Shown: positions 58,242 through 64,000 of the stretch, one piece after another
How positions within the stretch are numbered: position 1 is the first letter of the stretch
Layout: the number at the start of each line of letters is the position of its first letter
Source: Fibrobacterales bacterium
GTDB lineage: Bacteria > Fibrobacterota > Fibrobacteria > Fibrobacterales > JAOPTW01
Reading direction: 5' to 3'
NCBI GenBank assembly: GCA_051532055.1
Contig: JAOPTX010000023.1
Location: 80,450-144,449 of the forward strand
Length of the DNA: 64,000 bases
Position numbers and translations under genes: made by a program
The notes under the pieces: model-generated
Databases searched by the model: none
What the model saw: the letters and a program-made list of their open reading frames with translations, nothing else
Told to the model about the DNA's origin: nothing

Positions 58242-61200
58242 CTATTGAGCTGACTTTAACAGATACACCCCTGGTCTCAATGGACGTCGGAGATGAGCAT
58301 ATCCATCATGCCCAATAGCATAAGCGCCAATACGTTTTCCTGTCAACATATAGAGTTCGACATTCGAGATTCCCGCAGGAGCTTTAATTTTCAATGATCC
58401 TGTCTGATATCGTACAATATACCCTCCATTAAATGATGCCGATATACTGCCTTGTAACGCAACAGTTTCAGGGCAATTAAGGGGTTCGTTAACGGGAACT
58501 CCACTATTTCTTAATAATTGAGTACATCCATTTTTTAATACTAGCTTTTGTGTTCCATTGGTATCTGTATTAATTTTTGAGCCATCTGAATAGTAGACCA
58601 CCTTTCTTCCATCCTGATACTGTTCTGTAGTAGTGCCCGCTATTGGATCAACATCTATCACTGGCCCCATTGGAGCTGGGGCAGTAGTATCATCATCAAC
58701 TGGCACTACCGTATCTTCAGGTACACCACTCAAATCATAATCAATGGAATCATTAAGTCCTTCAACCACAATTGCAAATACACGAGTTGCCTCAGCTCCT
58801 CCTTGGTCAACGGCCCCAATTATCAAGGAAAATTGTTCTCCTGGCTCTAAAATTGACACCACTTTTACAAAACCAGAATCGGGATGAATAACAAACTTTC
58901 CTGCATTATTCCCTTCCATAATTTCATAGCCAAATACCGTGTTCGAATCACTATCTGCACCGGTGACACGCCCAACCTCTGTCCCAACTTCACTATACGC
59001 TTCGATTATCCATAATGAGTCACTCGGATCATTTGCTATAGTAGGAGGGAAGTTATAATCGTCGATGGAAATCACCACAGTATTTGTATCGTAAAACACT
59101 ACAGTATCTCCTGCACCAAATCCACTGTCCGAAACTTGTACTGTAATGAGGTATTCACTTTGAGTATCATAATTAATAGAATCCGGGAAAAGAAGAACAA
59201 ATTCTCCACTCTCACTCATTGAGAAGAAACCCTGCTCATTTCCCCCGAGCACAGTATAGAGTATCGCTCCTCCATCTGGGTCAATAGCAGAAAGTTGCCC
59301 AAACATTGTATCACTCGATGCGTTTTCGGACACATAGAGCTGCTCTAATTCAAATAAAGGCGGGTTATCATTGATATTCAACACTTCAATTCTCACTATT
59401 GCAGTCGGTAAGTTATCAGTCACCCCATCAGAAACTCGAATAAGCAACTGATGACTCACCCCTATTTCGAAATCTATTTGTACAGGATCAACAACATACA
59501 AGGCCCCTGTTAAAGAATCAATCCCAATATAGGGAACATCTTCACTATTGAGAATATCAAATATGAGCGTATCTCCATTCGCATCACTGGCAAATAAAGT
59601 ACCTACTGCACTCCCTATAGAACCGCCTTCAAATAAATAAAATGTTGTGTCATTTACTAATGGCGCAGCTTCATCATCAATAATGAGCATTGACACCAGT
59701 TGCACTCCATCTTCAAGAGCATTGACCACCGTATCAATATATATTCCGACTATTTCGTCACTTTCATCAGAAAAATCATCTATCGACTGCACGGTAAACA
59801 ATGCGGAAAGGTCCCCTGCTGGTATAATAATTGAATCAACGCTTGTAAAATCTGAGCCCCAAGCTGCACGTCCCTGTTGATTTTCAAATCCAAAATAAAC
59901 TGTAACATCTTGCCACGAGGTACGTTGAATTGAAACGGATGCCTGTGATAGTCCACCAAGCTCATCAATACTGCCACTATCAATAGCAAGTGACACAAGT
60001 GGTGTATCATCTCCTTTAAGAGTCACTTGTACTACTTGGGTAGTATGTTCAATTGCATTAGTTACCGACGCCAAATCCAAATTAACCATTACATCAGCCA
60101 AATCATCACTATCATCAATACCGGTGATCATTGTAGAGCCTGACAAATCCCCTGCTGGAATTGTAATGGTTAGAGATCCAAGAATATAATCAACGGTTTC
60201 TATTGCAGTAGAAGCTGTATTATCAAGAGTAACTACTACATCTTGCCAGGTTCGTGCGGTAAGTTGAGCAGTTATTGTTGCAACACCACCATTTTCTGTA
60301 ACAGTATTGGTATCAGTGACAAGAGTAACCCCAGGGTTATCATCATCATTCACAATAATAGCTGTTTTTACTTGGGCCCCATCCCCTCCGTTCTCTTTAC
60401 CATTAATAAGGCTCGCTATTCCCACTACCAATGATTCATTGGCTTCACAATCTTCATCATCAAGGATTGTAATATAAGCAAATCCTTGGCTCCCCCCTGA
60501 TGGTATAAAGATAGAAGTTGTGCTTGTTTGATAATCCATGCCATCTGCCACACCCGACAAATCGAGCTCAATAGTCACATCTTGGAATGAAAGAATCGAC
60601 AATGCAGCTTGAACAACCAATACTGAGTCATACTGTAAAAGCGTATCTGGTTGACTTTCTCTCAAGGAATCCTGAAGCAATGTTAATGTCACTTTAGGCT
60701 TATCATCGTCAAAAATTATGATGGTATCGGCCAATGTCCCATCAACAGCATTGGTTATAGTATCAGTGATGAAAGTAATTATTTCATGCTCTTCATTTAC
60801 AGCATCAAAAACCGAAGTAAAGGTAATTGAATCACGAATGGTACCTGCCGGAATTTCAAAAAGGGTATCACTACCCAAATAATCAAACATAGCCCCTTCT
60901 ATAGCGCTACCACCAACCAATACACTCAAATCAACATTTCTACCCGAAGTATCAGATAGTACTGCTACAAGCGTTGCAACATCGAGAGAGTCTTCTCTGA
61001 GTGTGTCACGATCTAAAATAAAGGTTACCGTTGGCGTTTCATCATCGTCTGTAATGCCAATTGTTTGAAGCTGAAAAGAGTCCGGAACTGCGTTTATTGC
61101 CGACACAATATCAACAAGGACAATTTCATCAAACTCATCATAAGGATCATTGACACCTACAATTGTGATAGAACCTGAGAGGGCCCCGGGAGCAATCACA

Positions 61201-64000
61201 ATAATGGAATCACTTCTTATATAATCAGTACCATAGAGTGCTGATCCAGCATATGAAAGATTAACGGTTATAGGTTGCCATGACGCGCCAGAGAGTACCG
61301 CAGTCACTGTTGCTTCACCTCCATTCTCAAATAGAGGGTTATTGGCACTCATAAGATTTACTACAGGAATATCATTATCAATAATAGAAATTGTATTACT
61401 CTCAGAGCCCACCCCACCCGACTCTTCTACATTTACCATTGTTGTTGAATCAATGTCAATAATGAGCGTTTCATTTTGTTCATCATCAAAATCAGCAATA
61501 GGGAGTATCGAAACAGTCTGAGAAATCATTCCAGCAGGAACCGTAACTTGATGCGTCAAAAGATAATCGACGGAGTCGCCCGCAGTACCAGAAAAAATAA
61601 GATCAAAAACCACATCCTGAGCTGACACCACATCAATGGTTGCCGTATATTGAATAGAATCGTCTTCCTCATTCATGGTTGTTTTATCAAGAGTTACGGT
61701 GAGCTTAGGCGTTATAGCATCGACAATTGTCACTGTCTGAACTGTTGAAGCATCTGCACCATTTTGAACACTATCAATGGTAATAGCGATATCTTCATTG
61801 ATAGCATCTGCTGCGCCATCATCAATTGCAGTGATCGGAATCGATGCTGACAATTGCCCAGTCGGTATAGTTATCACTGTATCAGCAGTAAAATCTACCC
61901 CCCAAGCTGCTACTCCACCATAGTTCAAAAATACATTAACATTTTGATTGCCCCCTATCGTAATGGCAGCAGAAAGCATTGCTGTCCCCCCATTTTCAGG
62001 GATATTTGCTTTATCAAGAGTTAAAATAACATTCGCTGTATCATTATCCAATATGGTTACCGTATGTTGATTAGGAGTCCCATTGAGAGCATGTTGCAGT
62101 GAATCAATAGTAAAAATGAAGTACTCATCACTTTCATCAAAGAAATCATCAGTAATTGAAATATCCAATGAATCCACTACATCGCCAGCGCTTATCACCA
62201 ATGGATTTGGTGTTACATTTAAATCTACTCCATCTGTTGCAGTCCCCGAGAGAGAGTAGTATACCGTAATATCTCTATTGGAGATTGCCGAAACATTGAG
62301 TAATGCAGAAAGAGAGCCGGCCGCCTCTGCAATACTCTGTGAGTTAATATCAAAACTTACCTGTGGTGTTGCATCATCATCAAGAATAAATACCGAGTCG
62401 AGTTGTGTACTATCCTCTATGCCATTGACCACTGATGCAATTTCAACCCCAATAATTTCTCGTTGGTCCTCATCAAATGGGTCAGAAATACCAGTAAGAG
62501 TAAAGTAGCCTGTTGAGTCACCAGCAGCAATAACTATAACATCTGTAGTACTAGAAAAGTCTACACCTTTAATAGCAGTACCACTATAGCCCATAGTTAT
62601 TGTGACATCTTGCCATGAATAGCGGTCAAGATTAACTTGAACTGTTACATTACCACCTGATTCAATCATGGAATCTATAGCAATGGTCTCAATTGCGGTA
62701 ATTGCAGCCAAAGGGACATCATCATCAATAATGACTACCTCATGTGACTGAGGTACTGCTTCAACACAATTTACAACACCTACAATTTCAATATCAACAT
62801 CAGCATCAACCGCATCATCATTATTATCAACAGGATAAACGGTAACACTTCCCGTTGTACCACCAGGTAATATTGTTATCGATGTACTTGAAAGAGTGTA
62901 CTGCACTGGAATAGAGTCAACTCCGGCCGCAGCCAACGTTATAGTACTCGTCACCTCTGTAGCCGAAGCGATGGTTGCAGTAACTATAGCCGAATCCCCA
63001 CTTTCAAGCATCGAAAGGTCACCACTCAACGTTACTGCGGGGGCTGCATCATTATCTTGTATCGTTAACACGGCTAGAGTGTCCGCACCTTTATTAGCTA
63101 AATCAGACGAATCGATAAAGACATTAACATACTGATTACTCTCAAGTATCGCATTATCAATTATGGTAAATGGAAGGTCAACACTTAATGCTGTTGCTGG
63201 AATCACAATAGGAGAACCCCCAACAGTATAATCATTCCCTGCCCCAATCGTTGCGGTTCCTGCAGTTCTGAAATAGATTGTGATATCCATTTCAGCCGCT
63301 TGGGTAATGGAAAAAGTCACTTCGGCCGTCCCTACATCTTCTTGTACTGTAGTATCGGCATCAACGGTATACTGTGGCATAACTTCATTATCAAATATTG
63401 TAATAGTTCGAAGTACCGAACCATCTATTGCATTGGTTACTGACGCAACACTTACTTGCACAGTCTCAGCGAGCTCCCACAGCACATTATCTACTAAATT
63501 AACTCGGATCGAGTCCTTCAGGCTCCCTGCAGGAATAGTAACCTGCATACCATCATTGGCATCACCCAAATCAAGGGTATAATCATTCGGGTCAGTGGCT
63601 GTACCTGCATAGGCAAAGGTAACAACGACATCCTGATAAGTGAGGTTATCAATCTCTGCAATAACATATGTCTGACCACTGACTTCATTGATTCCAGAAT
63701 TCCGTGGTATTATCGTAAGTGTCGTTGCATCGTTAGATTCTATTTCAAAAGTGAGATCTTGCGCCCCTACCCCGCCAAACTCTGAAGCACCCGTAACTGA
63801 ATTGATAGTAACAGTCACTGTTTCGTAGGGTTCTACCTCTGTATCATCCCACGCACTAAAAATAAGGTTCACCCAAGGCGCTCCAGCGGGAATCGTAACC
63901 GTAGTAGTAGAAGTAGTATAGTCATTCCCAACACCCGAAACTGCAGTACCACCAAAAGTATAATCCACGACCACATCAATTGAAGAGGGTGCAGATAAAA
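58242..64000 (-). CDS. Giant acidic Calx-beta/cadherin-repeat surface protein (>1900 aa), 5' end outside the window
   Basis: Many repeats of the form DV.V...Y.GTA..G.DY....I.IPAG.....DD..DE..E...I.D.D. Cadherin motifs ASDANGD, DFE, INDNPP, AIDPDG. Basic C-terminal tail. The frame is open to the window edge. Confidence 0.9.
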   Translation of the reverse strand, partial: LSAPSSIDVVVDYTFGGTAVSGVGNDYTTSTTTVTIPAGAPWVNLIFSAWDDTEVEPYETVTVTINSVTGASEFGGVGAQDLTFEIESNDATTLTIIPRNSGINEVSGQTYVIAEIDNLTYQDVVVTFAYAGTATDPNDYTLDLGDANDGMQVTIPAGSLKDSIRVNLVDNVLWELAETVQVSVASVTNAIDGSVLRTITIFDNEVMPQYTVDADTTVQEDVGTAEVTFSITQAAEMDITIYFRTAGTATIGAGNDYTVGGSPIVIPATALSVDLPFTIIDNAILESNQYVNVFIDSSDLANKGADTLAVLTIQDNDAAPAVTLSGDLSMLESGDSAIVTATIASATEVTSTITLAAAGVDSIPVQYTLSSTSITILPGGTTGSVTVYPVDNNDDAVDADVDIEIVGVVNCVEAVPQSHEVVIIDDDVPLAAITAIETIAIDSMIESGGNVTVQVNLDRYSWQDVTITMGYSGTAIKGVDFSSTTDVIVIAAGDSTGYFTLTGISDPFDEDQREIIGVEIASVVNGIEDSTQLDSVFILDDDATPQVSFDINSQSIAEAAGSLSALLNVSAISNRDITVYYSLSGTATDGVDLNVTPNPLVISAGDVVDSLDISITDDFFDESDEYFIFTIDSLQHALNGTPNQHTVTILDNDTANVILTLDKANIPENGGTAMLSAAITIGGNQNVNVFLNYGGVAAWGVDFTADTVITIPTGQLSASIPITAIDDGAADAINEDIAITIDSVQNGADASTVQTVTIVDAITPKLTVTLDKTTMNEEDDSIQYTATIDVVSAQDVVFDLIFSGTAGDSVDYLLTHQVTVPAGMISQTVSILPIADFDDEQNETLIIDIDSTTMVNVEESGGVGSESNTISIIDNDIPVVNLMSANNPLFENGGEATVTAVLSGASWQPITVNLSYAGSALYGTDYIRSDSIIVIAPGALSGSITIVGVNDPYDEFDEIVLVDIVSAINAVPDSFQLQTIGITDDDETPTVTFILDRDTLREDSLDVATLVAVLSDTSGRNVDLSVLVGGSAIEGAMFDYLGSDTLFEIPAGTIRDSITFTSVFDAVNEEHEIITFITDTITNAVDGTLADTIIIFDDDKPKVTLTLLQDSLRESQPDTLLQYDSVLVVQAALSILSFQDVTIELDLSGVADGMDYQTSTTSIFIPSGGSQGFAYITILDDEDCEANESLVVGIASLINGKENGGDGAQVKTAIIVNDDDNPGVTLVTDTNTVTENGGVATITAQLTARTWQDVVVTLDNTASTAIETVDYILGSLTITIPAGDLSGSTMITGIDDSDDLADVMVNLDLASVTNAIEHTTQVVQVTLKGDDTPLVSLAIDSGSIDELGGLSQASVSIQRTSWQDVTVYFGFENQQGRAAWGSDFTSVDSIIIPAGDLSALFTVQSIDDFSDESDEIVGIYIDTVVNALEDGVQLVSMLIIDDEAAPLVNDTTFYLFEGGSIGSAVGTLFASDANGDTLIFDILNSEDVPYIGIDSLTGALYVVDPVQIDFEIGVSHQLLIRVSDGVTDNLPTAIVRIEVLNINDNPPLFELEQLYVSENASSDTMFGQLSAIDPDGGAILYTVLGGNEQGFFSMSESGEFVLLFPDSINYDTQSEYLITVQVSDSGFGAGDTVVFYDTNTVVISIDDYNFPPTIANDPSDSLWIIEAYSEVGTEVGRVTGADSDSNTVFGYEIMEGNNAGKFVIHPDSGFVKVVSILEPGEQFSLIIGAVDQGGAEATRVFAIVVEGLNDSIDYDLSGVPEDTVVPVDDDTTAPAPMGPVIDVDPIAGTTTEQYQDGRKVVYYSDGSKINTDTNGTQKLVLKNGCTQLLRNSGVPVNEPLNCPETVALQGSISASFNGGYIVRYQTGSLKIKAPAGISNVELYMLTGKRIGAYAIGHDGYAHLRRPLRPGVYLLKSAQ

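Noticed and set aside
1601..63582. Numerous short antisense or overlapping ORFs in the track (for example 1601..2005, 15081..15524, 20816..21250, 23112..23600, 55105..55689)
   Set aside because: They are shadows of well-supported genes, with no recognisable motifs.
58242..64000. CRISPR array or DNA-level tandem repeats in the repetitive adhesin gene
   Set aside because: The repeats are degenerate protein-domain repeats within one open frame, with no identical direct repeats separated by spacers.

Overview
Low-GC bacterial chromosomal window. A TIGR02147-type protein, a FISUMP-type lipoprotein, a fibro-slime protein and a T9SS-like C-terminal tail point to a flagellated, probably marine Fibrobacterota member (inference). 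Left to right: 5'-truncated feoB; a small locus behind a Fur-like palindrome; an FNR-box-controlled MFS transporter-pflB-pflA operon; and a ~22.7 kb minus-strand flagellar cluster (motE-like, fliK, flgD, flgE, motAB of Na+/Pom type, fliLMYOPQR, flhB, an inserted lipoprotein, flhAFG, fliA, HDOD, GAF) behind a sigma54 promoter. Next come sigma28-driven flgM; a degenerate GH57-STAS-SLT operon; folK-dNK-panC; a split class III ribonucleotide reductase with NrdR boxes; a TIGR02147/FISUMP pair; birA-oadGAB; and a fibro-slime lipoprotein. The window ends with a four-gene operon encoding a non-flagellar MotA/ZorA-like plus MotB/ZorB-like pair flanked by two exported, probably outer-membrane proteins, and a giant Calx-beta/cadherin protein running off the edge. 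That four-gene motor-like operon is the best candidate for an undescribed system. I saw no rRNA, tRNA, CRISPR array or mobile element. All family calls are by-eye motif recognition, not database searches.
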